This document shows, piece by piece, positions 30,200-39,891 of a DNA stretch of 64,000 nt. Under the pieces are notes generated by a model. It was not told where the DNA came from. It saw only the letters and a program-made list of their open reading frames with translations, and did no database searches. Position 1 is the stretch's first letter, and each line of letters begins with the position of its first letter. Made by a program: the position numbers and the translations under genes. Origin of the DNA: Rhodothermaceae bacterium (lineage in GTDB: Bacteria; Bacteroidota; Rhodothermia; Rhodothermales; Bin80); assembly GCA_009841335.1 (NCBI GenBank), contig VXLY01000067.1, forward strand, positions 22,702 to 86,701. The letters run 5' to 3'.

Positions 30200-31465
30200 A
30201 TGAGAACAAGACTGCTACTGTTATTCCTGTTAGCCGCTGGCTGCTCTGAGCCAAACGGGATTGCGGAGGAGCAACGAAAGAATCTTTCTCCGTGGGTGGC
30301 CAGATACATGGTTGAAGCAGAAAATGCATTCGGGCGGGGTATTTATGAGTTGGCACTCACCTATACGGACAGCGTGGAGGCGTATTCGCCTGAATTGGCA
30401 GATCTTCATTACCTTCGCGGCAGGATATATACGCAACTCAATCGTCTAGATGTGGCACAGGCTGCCTATCAGACGGTTCTGGAGATTGATCCGGCGTATG
30501 CCGGGGCCCGGTTTGCGATGGGATTGAACAGTTTCCGGCGTGGCAAGCTTCGCGACGCCATCAACTCCTACCTGGAGGAGGAGTCTCAGGTAGGCCCTAC
30601 AACGGCTCTATATCATGAATTGGGGCGGGCTTATGCCAAACTTGGTGTGCCAGACAGTGCCCAGATCGCGTATACTCAGGCCTTAACAATTGACCCCAAT
30701 CATGCGATGACTTACATGTGGTTGGGACAATTACTCGAGGAAACAGGAGATTTGGAGGGGGCGCTGGAAACCTCCCTGGCCGGCTTGAAACTTCGCCCCG
30801 ATGACTTGGATTACCAGTACATCGTTGGCACGCAGTATTTCAGGTTGGATTCGGCTGAAGCTGCGCTTCCGTACCTGGAGCCTGTGGCCGAGAAGCGCTC
30901 ATGGCATCACGGTGCACAGTTCAATCTTGGACAAGTCTACATGCGGCTTGGGCGGGAGTCTGACGCAGAGATGTATTTTGCAAGAGCCGACCAAGCGCAG
31001 CAGCTACAGCAGCGTGTTAACAAAGCGCAGAACGCCATTAACAATGATCCTGGGTCGCCAGCCAACTGGATTGAGCTTGGTAACCGGCTTCGTCAAGCTA
31101 AGAGATTTGGGCGTGCGATTGAGGCGTACAAGAATGGGTTGACCATTGACGTACCACCGGGGCTTGCGTTGTACATGCAGACTAATCTTGCAACGTTATA
31201 TCTCGAGTGCGGGGACGCAACGGAGGCGGCCAACAGACTTGAAGCAATCCTGCGCGCGGATCCTACTTTAACTGCTGCGAGATTCAATTTAGGCGTGGCA
31301 TATGCACAGGGTGGGAGACTGGATGAAGCGCGTGCAACATGGGTAGAACTTCTCGAAATGGAGCCCACGCATGAGAATGCCTTGGCCTATCTGGAATTAC
31401 TGGACTCAACGGATCAAACTGAACATGTGGAAGCGAGCGGTACTGACTGCCTTGATACTGGCTAA
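30200..31465 (+). CDS. Tetratricopeptide-repeat lipoprotein
   Basis: Lipobox AAG-C; many TPR units (LHYLRG, YHELG, YMWLG, AQFNLG, ARFNLG). Confidence 0.88.
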   Translation: MRTRLLLLFLLAAGCSEPNGIAEEQRKNLSPWVARYMVEAENAFGRGIYELALTYTDSVEAYSPELADLHYLRGRIYTQLNRLDVAQAAYQTVLEIDPAYAGARFAMGLNSFRRGKLRDAINSYLEEESQVGPTTALYHELGRAYAKLGVPDSAQIAYTQALTIDPNHAMTYMWLGQLLEETGDLEGALETSLAGLKLRPDDLDYQYIVGTQYFRLDSAEAALPYLEPVAEKRSWHHGAQFNLGQVYMRLGRESDAEMYFARADQAQQLQQRVNKAQNAINNDPGSPANWIELGNRLRQAKRFGRAIEAYKNGLTIDVPPGLALYMQTNLATLYLECGDATEAANRLEAILRADPTLTAARFNLGVAYAQGGRLDEARATWVELLEMEPTHENALAYLELLDSTDQTEHVEASGTDCLDTG

Positions 31466-32654
31466 CACGGGCATTGGGGCCAAGTCCCAGTCTATGCAGG
31501 AGGGAGACTGGGTCGGACAAATCATTCACCTTACAGGTCGTTATATGGATGCGATCTACAAGGTCCGCGATACTAATGGTGAACTTCAGATTGTGCTGGA
31601 AGTAGAGGATTTTGGGCCCTTTGAATTCAATGACATCCAGGTGACGCCGGACAGCCTCTCCTTCGTGTGGGAACCCTCATTTGAGCTGCAGTGCACGCTG
31701 GCCAGACTTCCAGATAACGTATATCACGGTGTGTGTAAGGACCCATGGGGAGGGTTCGGCGGTATTGTGATGGCGCCTCCGGGTTCAAACGCGGATGAGT
31801 TGACATTGGACGAAATGACATTCAAGAGCATCGCAGGTATAGGTGATGCTGACTCGGAGGAAAAAGCTTCGATTCTAGGTCCAATGTATCCAGTGGGGCA
31901 GTCGGCGCAATTATCTAGTGGAGCTGTGAACTATGTGGATGCTGGCTCCGGTCCGATTACGGTGATACTCATTGCGGGTCTGGGAGATAATCTTACATCT
32001 TGGGAATTGCTCCATCGGGGTTTGGCTCGCGAGACGCGTGTCATAGCCTACGACCGCCCGGGTCTCGGGTTTTCAGAAGAAACCAGTATTGCGCGCACGC
32101 CTGAGCAGATGGCCACTGAACTGAACGAACTCCTTCGGAGTGCCGAGATAACCTCCCCATATCTGATTGTGGCTCATGCAGAGAGCGCCTTTACTGCACG
32201 GCGTTTCACAGATCTGTACGGAGAGGACGTTCATGGATTGGTGCTGATTGACCCCCATCATGAGGATCAGGCAGCGCTGTGGGAGGGTTTAAATGCCCAA
32301 GGATGGCAGTCCTATTGGACGCAGTTAAAAAAATTCCAGATGATGCTCCCCGGAGGTTCCGGTCGGGAGTTTGAAGCCTATGCGGCGATCATCGATGGTG
32401 AGAGGATTCCTGGATTGGGCCCGGTACCTCAAGTCCCCACTGTGGTGATCACTGCCGGTCGTGTATCTGAGTCTCCGAGGTGGATCGGGGAGACCGAGGA
32501 GGGGCGTGAAGCATGGAATGATTTTCATGCGGACTGGGTGGAGGGAATGCCCTCGGGCAGCCGTATAATTCAGCTACAAAGTGGGCCATATATCCAGAAT
32601 GAGAAGTCAGACGAGTTAGAGGAGATCATTCGAGCGATACTCTCTGCCAGATAG
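31425..32654 (+). CDS. Secreted alpha/beta-hydrolase-fold protein with N-terminal unknown domain, catalytically degenerate
   Basis: Signal peptide MWKRAVLTALILA; RVIAYDRPGLGFS and GLVLIDP present, but VAHAESA replaces GHSxGG and SGPYIQ replaces SGHYIQ. Confidence 0.75.
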   Translation: MWKRAVLTALILANTGIGAKSQSMQEGDWVGQIIHLTGRYMDAIYKVRDTNGELQIVLEVEDFGPFEFNDIQVTPDSLSFVWEPSFELQCTLARLPDNVYHGVCKDPWGGFGGIVMAPPGSNADELTLDEMTFKSIAGIGDADSEEKASILGPMYPVGQSAQLSSGAVNYVDAGSGPITVILIAGLGDNLTSWELLHRGLARETRVIAYDRPGLGFSEETSIARTPEQMATELNELLRSAEITSPYLIVAHAESAFTARRFTDLYGEDVHGLVLIDPHHEDQAALWEGLNAQGWQSYWTQLKKFQMMLPGGSGREFEAYAAIIDGERIPGLGPVPQVPTVVITAGRVSESPRWIGETEEGREAWNDFHADWVEGMPSGSRIIQLQSGPYIQNEKSDELEEIIRAILSAR

Positions 32655-33095
32655 TGTCTGCACTAAAATCGGGGTATAACGCGCGGTTAGTCTTATTGAA
32701 TAGGGTTTTGCGCGCTTCATGTTGGGAAAGTCCTGCCTATTTTAGCGATTTGGTGCGAAGTTTTTGGGCTCATATATCGGAGACCAAAAAAACGGGGCAG
32801 TTCCGGTATCCATTGCTTGGAGTAGGCATGGTTTTGTCAAACACCCATAAATGCTCCCTGCTTTACAGGCGTCCCGAGGCTGGGGGCTGATATATTTGCG
32901 GTCCCTTCAGGTTTACAATCCACATGCCATGTACTCAATTTTCTTGTGCCCCTTTGTTGCCTGCTGAACACGTGACACGATTATACAGAACTCAAAGCTA
33001 TGAACCGTTGTCCAGTTGCATTGAGACAACTAAATACAAAAGTGATTAATTGCCGCCGGACAGGTGGATACTGATATACCCATGGGTTTACCCGG

Positions 33096-35072
33096 CTAGT
33101 CCCTGACGAAAACTATACGCTGGGAGGATGCTGGTCGATCTTCTATGTGGCTCCGAACAATGTAGGTTCCGGCCGAGAGTCCATCGGATTTGATCTTGAT
33201 CCGGGTGGATTGGTGAAGTGGAGGCGTGCCGCTGAATAGAGTCTGAATCCGACGACCAAGGAGATCATACAGCGCTATGTCAATTGATCCGTATGTGCCG
33301 GAAGTGAACTGGAGAACTGCTTCGGTGGAAAACGGGTTTGGATAAACTTTCTCTGTTACAAGGCCTTCGTTATACAATTCAACAGTCACAGGTCCGGTAA
33401 TCCTGTAGGCGCCGTTGGCTGTAACTTGCCGGATCTGGAAAGAATACCGGCCTGGTTCCAGATCCTCTACGGTATACGTAAAGTTGGTCTGCGCTTCGCT
33501 GGCTACCTGGACTTGACCGATGGTCTTTGGTTGTGGCTGCGTTTCTTCAACGAAGAACGTAATCTTGGAAGAGGATGATGTTATAGACCAGGTGAGTTGA
33601 ATTGATCGTTCCCCGGGTACAGCTTTCAACTCACTTATAGCGACAAGATCATTTCCCAGACAGTCTCCGCGAAGCTGAAGATGACAGATAGGATCAGTAT
33701 CAAGTGCTACATATTCAGGACTATCAGGCACGCAAATGCCGGCATTGTTGGAAAGGTTGCAATTGGACAGTTGTGCACCAAGAATTGCAACCTGGTGTGG
33801 CAGTGCACCCGTCAGCTTGTTGTCGCTAAGATTCAGAGTATCCAGGCTCGTAAGTGCGGCGTATTCTGCCGGTACAGGTCCTTGGATGTCATTGCCAGAA
33901 AGGTCAAGGACTTGAAGGCTCTTAATGGAAGAGAGTGAGGCGGGCAACGTACCTGTCATACCATTATTCGGCAGGATCAAATGCGTTATTCTCTCATCAA
34001 CACAGCTGACGCCATCCCAATGACATGGTTGTGAGCTCGCGAGCCATCCGTTATTTCGTATCCATGTTGCCCCTCCCGTGTTAGCGTAGATAGATTCAAG
34101 GCTATCACAGTTGGGCCCTTCGCATGCTTTACATGTGTTGTTTCGATACAGTGAGCAAACTTGGTCCAAATTGGCATATGGAGGAGCATTTGGGATGCAT
34201 AATCGATTTCCTTGCAGATAACAGTTATTTATGCCTGCGGCAAAGGTGGCCGTGGCGAGGGACAGTGAGCCTTCCAGATTATTGTCTGCAAGGGACAGCC
34301 AGAGAAGTGCGTCTAGATTGGCTAATTCTTCCGGTATCCTCCCAGACAGTTGATTTTCGCTGGCATCAAAAAACCTTAGCTTGTTAAGATCTCCCAACCA
34401 CACTGGCAGAACTCCGGTGAATATATTTTGGCGCAAGTTCAGGTACTCGAGCCTTGTCAGATTGCGGAGTGTATCGGGAATTGGTCCGCCCAAACTATTG
34501 CCACCTAGATCAAGACGCTGCAATTGCAATAATTGTCCGAGGCGCTCCGGAATTGGCCCTTCCAGTTCATTGGCTTCCAGGCTCAGCTCTCGAAGATTGG
34601 AGAGATTTCCGAGCTCAGCCGGGATGGTGCCTGTGAAGGCATTGTTGCCCAGTGTCAGAACCTCCAAGTGCTCTAGATCTCCGAGCGTCGTCGGGATCTG
34701 ACCGGTCAGTTTTCTTAGTCGAATCCCGGGGCCACTGTTGTCGATCCGAATGGATTGCAATTCCTCCAGAAATGCCAAGTCTCCCGGCAGGGTACCAGTC
34801 AGGTTATTGCCGGAGAGGTCAATGTGTATAATGTCCCGCGGCCACTGTGAGGATCTGCACGTGATACCGTACCAATCACAGGGTTGATTAGTCCGAAGCC
34901 AACCGCGTACGTTACGCCAGTTATATCCGTCTGTATCGTAGAAGAGTTTTTCCAGTACTTTGCATGCTTGTAGCGTAATCTGGTCAATGAGTGGACAGCC
35001 CACAAACTGCGCTCGTGTCGCGGTTGCACTGGATACCGCAATCAACATAACAAGGACAACAACACGCGTCAT
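33096..35072 (-). CDS. Secreted leucine-rich-repeat protein (plant-type LRR, two capped modules, FN3, T9SS CTD)
   Basis: LxxLxLxxNxLxGxIPxxLG repeats; N-caps PCDWYGITC and PCHWDGVSC; CTD YPNPFS...LYDLLGR...LSAGTY. Likely start is 35072. Confidence 0.88.
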   Translation of the reverse strand: MTRVVVLVMLIAVSSATATRAQFVGCPLIDQITLQACKVLEKLFYDTDGYNWRNVRGWLRTNQPCDWYGITCRSSQWPRDIIHIDLSGNNLTGTLPGDLAFLEELQSIRIDNSGPGIRLRKLTGQIPTTLGDLEHLEVLTLGNNAFTGTIPAELGNLSNLRELSLEANELEGPIPERLGQLLQLQRLDLGGNSLGGPIPDTLRNLTRLEYLNLRQNIFTGVLPVWLGDLNKLRFFDASENQLSGRIPEELANLDALLWLSLADNNLEGSLSLATATFAAGINNCYLQGNRLCIPNAPPYANLDQVCSLYRNNTCKACEGPNCDSLESIYANTGGATWIRNNGWLASSQPCHWDGVSCVDERITHLILPNNGMTGTLPASLSSIKSLQVLDLSGNDIQGPVPAEYAALTSLDTLNLSDNKLTGALPHQVAILGAQLSNCNLSNNAGICVPDSPEYVALDTDPICHLQLRGDCLGNDLVAISELKAVPGERSIQLTWSITSSSSKITFFVEETQPQPKTIGQVQVASEAQTNFTYTVEDLEPGRYSFQIRQVTANGAYRITGPVTVELYNEGLVTEKVYPNPFSTEAVLQFTSGTYGSIDIALYDLLGRRIQTLFSGTPPLHQSTRIKIKSDGLSAGTYIVRSHIEDRPASSQRIVFVRD

Positions 35073-35248
35073 AACGGTCAGTGATTGCTGTTGCGTTACC
35101 ACTGGACTGGTCAGTTGTTCATCAGCATGCATTGCCGAAATATCACGATGGCAGCCAGACAAAAACCAATTCGACGGTTCCAGGTGGCGTTAGGTTGAGG
35201 AAGCAGTTAATCTGAGATACCAAAGAATGATGCACGGCACCGGTATCG

Positions 35249-35439
35249 GCCACGCGTGACTCACCGCGCGCACAGTTTAGGAAACGGTAATGTGTGGAGT
35301 AGCCCGCAATTATTCCTCGCCCGCCTCAATAATTGTGGATAGTTTGGCAGGCTGCCCGAAGCCATTAAGATTTGATGCTCAACACATACTCAGGGCTGAG
35401 GGGCATTACGTATAGTATCAAGTTAGCGTCCAATTCGTC
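35249..35439 (-). pseudogene. Decayed duplicate of the DUF4249 gene 3' end
   Basis: Aligns by eye with 36338-36549. It reads DELDANLILYVMPLSPEYV versus DELDANLVLFVMALSPEYV in the intact gene, then has a deletion, frameshift and stop. Confidence 0.75.
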
Positions 35440-35959
35440 AGAAAGCGAGTCTAGGAAATAGTTCTTCCTGTCCCCCGGTGCGCTCATACATCACCTCCTC
35501 TTGGCTCCTGCTACTGCCATCCTTGAGTAGGTGCTCAACTTCAATTCCCTCCTGGACCAAGGCCTCCCCAACCATGCCGGATCGGTGACACTGTGTTGGA
35601 TTCGCCTCGGCACATAGCAGGCAGACGATGTAATCTCGCTCGCAGGCCGTACGCAAACGTGCAATCCCCTCCTTGAAGAAAGGCATTGCGCGCACCTTTT
35701 GGTAATTCACATGGTTATTATCATAACAGGACTCATCGTCCGGGCGGCCGCCCAACTGGTGTCCCATGAATCCATACTTCAGCCCCGCGTCGCGTAGTGC
35801 CTTTGCCAGTGGTTTTCGTGCAAACTCAGGCTGATACCTGGAATAAGGAACCGAACGCACGTCAATCACAAACTGGATCCCTTTAGCTTGTACTTGGCGC
35901 ACAATTTCGTCCACTGTGCGCCCCCCGTGTCCGATAGTATATACGCGAAATCTAGGCAT
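35438..35959 (-). CDS. DUF488-family protein
   Basis: VYTIGHG, IDVRSVPYSR, LGGRP, LLCAEANPTQCHR. Confidence 0.88.
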   Translation of the reverse strand: MPRFRVYTIGHGGRTVDEIVRQVQAKGIQFVIDVRSVPYSRYQPEFARKPLAKALRDAGLKYGFMGHQLGGRPDDESCYDNNHVNYQKVRAMPFFKEGIARLRTACERDYIVCLLCAEANPTQCHRSGMVGEALVQEGIEVEHLLKDGSSRSQEEVMYERTGGQEELFPRLAF

Positions 35960-36271
35960 GTCAATTCAATAATAGTCGATGATATGTCAGTTGTCGAGTT
36001 ACCTGCCTATGTCTAGCGACAACACTTTTTTGGTGCCGACGACAGAATTTATTACGATTGAGGCTGCAATTTGACGCAGGGAGTAATCTCTACCAGAATT
36101 CGATTGTCGCAAGGCATGAAAAGCGCTAATAACAGGGATGCCCTGCATGAAGCTTGAATGATCGTGTAATTTATTTACGCTTGACCAAACAAAAACAGAG
36201 AATATGGAGCCTCAGCTTGTGGAGAAGAGCTCATTGTCGACTTCTTTTACTTCTAGAGGCAGTGCTATACA

Positions 36272-36310
36272 GTGACTCTGAGTGAGGTTGGGGTCACTGC
36301 TCAGAGTCGC
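36272..36310 (-). terminator. Stem-loop downstream of DUF4249, probable end of the large - strand operon
   Basis: GTGACTCTGAG / CTCAGAGTCGC arms about 35 nt past the stop; no clear U-tract. Confidence 0.4.
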
Positions 36311-36345
36311 GGGATACGACGCGATACGCTGGGATCTGCCACGTG

Positions 36346-37482
36346 CTACTCAGTGTCCGCTAAGTCAAGGATACGGTAATGCGTGGAGTAGCCCGCAAAT
36401 ATACCTCGTCCACCCTCAAAATTTGTGTACAGGTTGGCAGGCTGGCCGAAACCATCAAAATTTTCATGCTCCTCAATAGCACTCCGATGCTCAACATACT
36501 CAGGACTGAGGGCCATTACGAATAGTACCAAGTTTGCGTCCAATTCGTCTTCGAAATCGCTGAATAGATCCACTGTAATATCAAAATCTTGAACTTGGCC
36601 ATCGGAGGATCGATCGGACAGGATACCAATAGTACAGAATTCGTCCTCTGCAGGGCTGCTATCAATAGGATTCAGTACGTCACTGAAGGAGCAATACCAT
36701 CGTTGGCTGTTATGAATCATGGCTAGTTCATGGACTGTGAATTCCGAGGAAGTAGGAGACTCGTCTGCCGGAAATGCAAGAAAAATGCTGAAACTGTAAT
36801 AATTCAGGCCGGGGTTGTCAGCCAGACTGAAACTGACCAAGTATTGGGAGTCCAACATCGACGAGGAGAAAGTGTCCAGTTTGGTGACCTCGGCTGTAAG
36901 TATGTTGGGGGGGAGAGGGGCCATGGAGATCGCCGACGCCGAAGGCATTCCGGGCGCCTCAACGACCATCCGATAGGGCGTGTTTGTGCGTGGCGTCCGC
37001 ATTCTCGGTGACTCATACCAACCATCCTCTCCACCGTCGTGAGTAAGTCGGGCGACGAGGACATCGTCCCTGTAGATCGTGACCGTTGCGTCATCCAAGA
37101 AAACCGATGTCGTATCTCCCAGTTCTCCAATCGGAATCGTTTTTGCAACCCGTGCTGCCCAGATCGAATCTGGTGTGAAGTTGCTTGTGATGTTCAGCTC
37201 AGGATCGTAATCCGGTGGATCAATCTCAATGGTAGTTTCACAGGCCGATAGCAATAGAATGCACGCTGTAAGTATTTTGATAACCGGGTAATGAGAAAGC
37301 CGTGGGCGCCACAAATTCTGAGTTAGTCTGGTCCAGATGTGCCCAACAAGCCGCACGAAATCGGGCGAGCGGAGAAGACTACTCTGCCTACCATTCGCCA
37401 AGGTTTGCGCTGGGGATGAGGAGCCGCCATGCAAGAACTGCAATAACATCGGGATCAAAGAACGGTAATGTGGATGACCCAT
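36346..37482 (-). CDS. DUF4249-family lipoprotein (TonB receptor partner)
   Basis: LLLSA-CETTIEID lipobox and C-terminal LYTNFEGGRGIFAGY. The true start is probably downstream of 37482, near the lipobox. Confidence 0.8.
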   Translation of the reverse strand: MGHPHYRSLIPMLLQFLHGGSSSPAQTLANGRQSSLLRSPDFVRLVGHIWTRLTQNLWRPRLSHYPVIKILTACILLLSACETTIEIDPPDYDPELNITSNFTPDSIWAARVAKTIPIGELGDTTSVFLDDATVTIYRDDVLVARLTHDGGEDGWYESPRMRTPRTNTPYRMVVEAPGMPSASAISMAPLPPNILTAEVTKLDTFSSSMLDSQYLVSFSLADNPGLNYYSFSIFLAFPADESPTSSEFTVHELAMIHNSQRWYCSFSDVLNPIDSSPAEDEFCTIGILSDRSSDGQVQDFDITVDLFSDFEDELDANLVLFVMALSPEYVEHRSAIEEHENFDGFGQPANLYTNFEGGRGIFAGYSTHYRILDLADTE

Positions 37483-37486
37483 AGCT

Positions 37487-39880
37487 TTAGTAAGACAACT
37501 GGTAGCTTATAGCAGGGATTATTGGGAGTAGACTAAACTTCTTGAATATGAGGTCCCCCGTTGGATCTCGCTGGGCATAGATACTAAGGGCGTTCCTCCG
37601 GTTGTACGTGTTGTAGGTGCCGATCGATAATGTTCTTTTCAATCGTCTTCCTGTTCGTTTTATACGAATACTCAAATCCAGTCGGTGATAGGACGGCATG
37701 CGTGCACCGTTGCGCGAACTCTGCACACTATACAATTGAAGCCAGCTCGCCCGTCCCCATGGAAATGCTACGAAAGTTTGGTCTTCTGCGTGAATGTGGC
37801 CGACAGGCAGCGTAACGGCCTGGCCGGTGCCATAGACCCAAGACGCACTTATATCAAACGAAGGCCGAAGTTTGTGACTGATAACCAAAGCGGCATCATG
37901 ACGCCGATCATATCGGTAAGGAAACCACGCCCCATCGTTGATTCGATCAAATTTTCGACGACTCGACGATAGCGTATAGCCTATCCAGCCGGTTGTGCGA
38001 CCGGATTGCTTTTGAAGAAAAACCTCCCCCCCGTAGGCGACCCCGCGTCCAGTCTCTACTCGGTCCTCCCATGTTCCCAAGGTCGCGTTGAAAAAGTCGG
38101 CACCATCCTCGTACTCAATCAGATTTTGCAATTGTTTGTAGTATCCTTCGATGGAGATCTCAAATTTTCCACCGGAAATTGAATGAACGGCACCACCTGC
38201 AACCTGCATGGACTGTTGAGGCTTGATTCGAGCGGTCGCAGGTACCCACAAATCCGTGGGAAGGGACAAGCCGCTTGTAGTTGCCAGGAGATGAATGTAC
38301 TGCTGCATGTACGCCAAGGATGCCTTAAAGCTGGTTCTCGAATCCAGGCGGAAAAGCGCACCAATGCGTGGTTCAACCGAGTAGTAGGTCTTTCCGTCAA
38401 TCAGAAAGCTCGAAGTGTGTATCCCCGTATTGAGGCGTACTCGTGGAGCCAGGCGCCAATCATCTTCGATGTAGGCTTGGAACTCCCCAGCTCTTGAACG
38501 CCTGTCTGAGGTAACTAAGGAATAATCCAGCACATCGTTTACCTGATGGATTTCCTCATATGCTCCTGTGAGAAAGCTGTGCAACTGTCCTCCGAGCCCA
38601 AAACGAAGGTTATGACGGGCATTGGGAATAAATTCCGCGTCAGCACGGGCATGCAGATCTCGAATACCGGATTCGTACGAAGCACTATACTGACGGGTCT
38701 CAACCTCGCCATCACTAACATAGTGGGAGGTATACTGGTTTTCGTTGGTCGCAAGCAACGAGTAATTTGTGTAACCGACCAACACATTTGAGAAAAATCT
38801 CGCCCCAAATATATGGTTCCAGCGGAAGGTGCCCGTTAGATTACTCCAATTCAGTGCAGCTTCGTCCCTTTCATTTTCGCTGTAATTATAACGTTGATAC
38901 AGGCGGTCATCTCCCAAATAGCCACTCAGATATATTCGGTCTCTAGGGGTAATAATAACGTTGGTCTTTACATTGACGTCGTAGAAATAGTATCCGAAAT
39001 CTTCATCTTCGTCACTAAGGAAGGGCCGCGCGAGTACATCAGCATAGGACCGGCGTCCGGCGACAAGAAAGGAAGCTTGATCCCGAACGATACATCCCTC
39101 AACGGTTAGGCGTGAAGCAAGAAGTCCGATGGCTCCTGCTCCCGCAAAGCGTTTCATATTTCCTTCCTTCATGGTCAGATCAATCACCGAGGAAAGCCGC
39201 CCACCGTAACGTGCGGGAAAACCTCCTTTGAGCAGTCGGACATCCTTTATTGCGTCCGGGTTAAAAGTGCTCAGGAATCCGAAAAGATGGCTAGGATTGT
39301 AGATCTGTGTCCCATCGAGCAAATAGAGATTCTGGTCTGGACCCCCCCCGCGCACATAGAGGCCAGTTGAACCTTCCACACCTGACTGAACACCCGGCAG
39401 GAGTTGGATGATGCGCAAGACATCCACCTCCCCAAGGAGCGCTGGAAGAACCTCAACGTTTTGCACAGGCAGAGAGATGCCGCTCATTTGAGTGGTTTGA
39501 AGTGCTGACTCGACGGTGGCAATAACCTCAATTTCGTCCAGAGCAAATGTTACGGGTACGAGCGAAATATCCAGACGGAGATCCTCCTCAGATGCGTACG
39601 TGAGCACTTGTGGCACGTACGCGACATGATTGACGATCATCCGTACGCTATCCGGTTGGAGCGTCAGACTGTAGAAGCCGTATTGGTTTGTAGTTCCCCC
39701 CACATCCTGCGCAGCTAAGTACAATGTAGCGCCTACAACCAACTCACCGGTTTCAGCATCGGTTACAATACCACTCACCGTGACATGGTTTTCCTGTGCA
39801 ACAGCGAAGGGAGAATGTAGTACGGAGAGGTAAACTGCAGCTGTAAACAGGAATGTTAGGCGTGGAACGAGCTGCGGCAT
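37487..39880 (-). CDS. TonB-dependent receptor
   Basis: VSGIVTDAETGE, LPALLGEVDVLRIIQLLPGVQ, VRGGGPDQNL, KGGFPARYGGRLSSV, terminal PAISYQLSY. Confidence 0.93.
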   Translation of the reverse strand: MPQLVPRLTFLFTAAVYLSVLHSPFAVAQENHVTVSGIVTDAETGELVVGATLYLAAQDVGGTTNQYGFYSLTLQPDSVRMIVNHVAYVPQVLTYASEEDLRLDISLVPVTFALDEIEVIATVESALQTTQMSGISLPVQNVEVLPALLGEVDVLRIIQLLPGVQSGVEGSTGLYVRGGGPDQNLYLLDGTQIYNPSHLFGFLSTFNPDAIKDVRLLKGGFPARYGGRLSSVIDLTMKEGNMKRFAGAGAIGLLASRLTVEGCIVRDQASFLVAGRRSYADVLARPFLSDEDEDFGYYFYDVNVKTNVIITPRDRIYLSGYLGDDRLYQRYNYSENERDEAALNWSNLTGTFRWNHIFGARFFSNVLVGYTNYSLLATNENQYTSHYVSDGEVETRQYSASYESGIRDLHARADAEFIPNARHNLRFGLGGQLHSFLTGAYEEIHQVNDVLDYSLVTSDRRSRAGEFQAYIEDDWRLAPRVRLNTGIHTSSFLIDGKTYYSVEPRIGALFRLDSRTSFKASLAYMQQYIHLLATTSGLSLPTDLWVPATARIKPQQSMQVAGGAVHSISGGKFEISIEGYYKQLQNLIEYEDGADFFNATLGTWEDRVETGRGVAYGGEVFLQKQSGRTTGWIGYTLSSSRRKFDRINDGAWFPYRYDRRHDAALVISHKLRPSFDISASWVYGTGQAVTLPVGHIHAEDQTFVAFPWGRASWLQLYSVQSSRNGARMPSYHRLDLSIRIKRTGRRLKRTLSIGTYNTYNRRNALSIYAQRDPTGDLIFKKFSLLPIIPAISYQLSY

Positions 39881-39891
39881 ACAGTATCTGG

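Noticed and set aside
32654-33095. 440-bp gap between convergent genes with a 78-aa ORF and a short hairpin (TAGTG-TCTG-CACTA), as a possible IS remnant or sRNA
   Set aside because: I could not recognise transposase similarity, paired terminal repeats or a known RNA structure.
35249-36549. Repeat of a gene's 3' end as a diversity-generating retroelement TR/VR pair
   Set aside because: Mismatches are not adenine-specific, there are indels, and no reverse transcriptase lies in the window.
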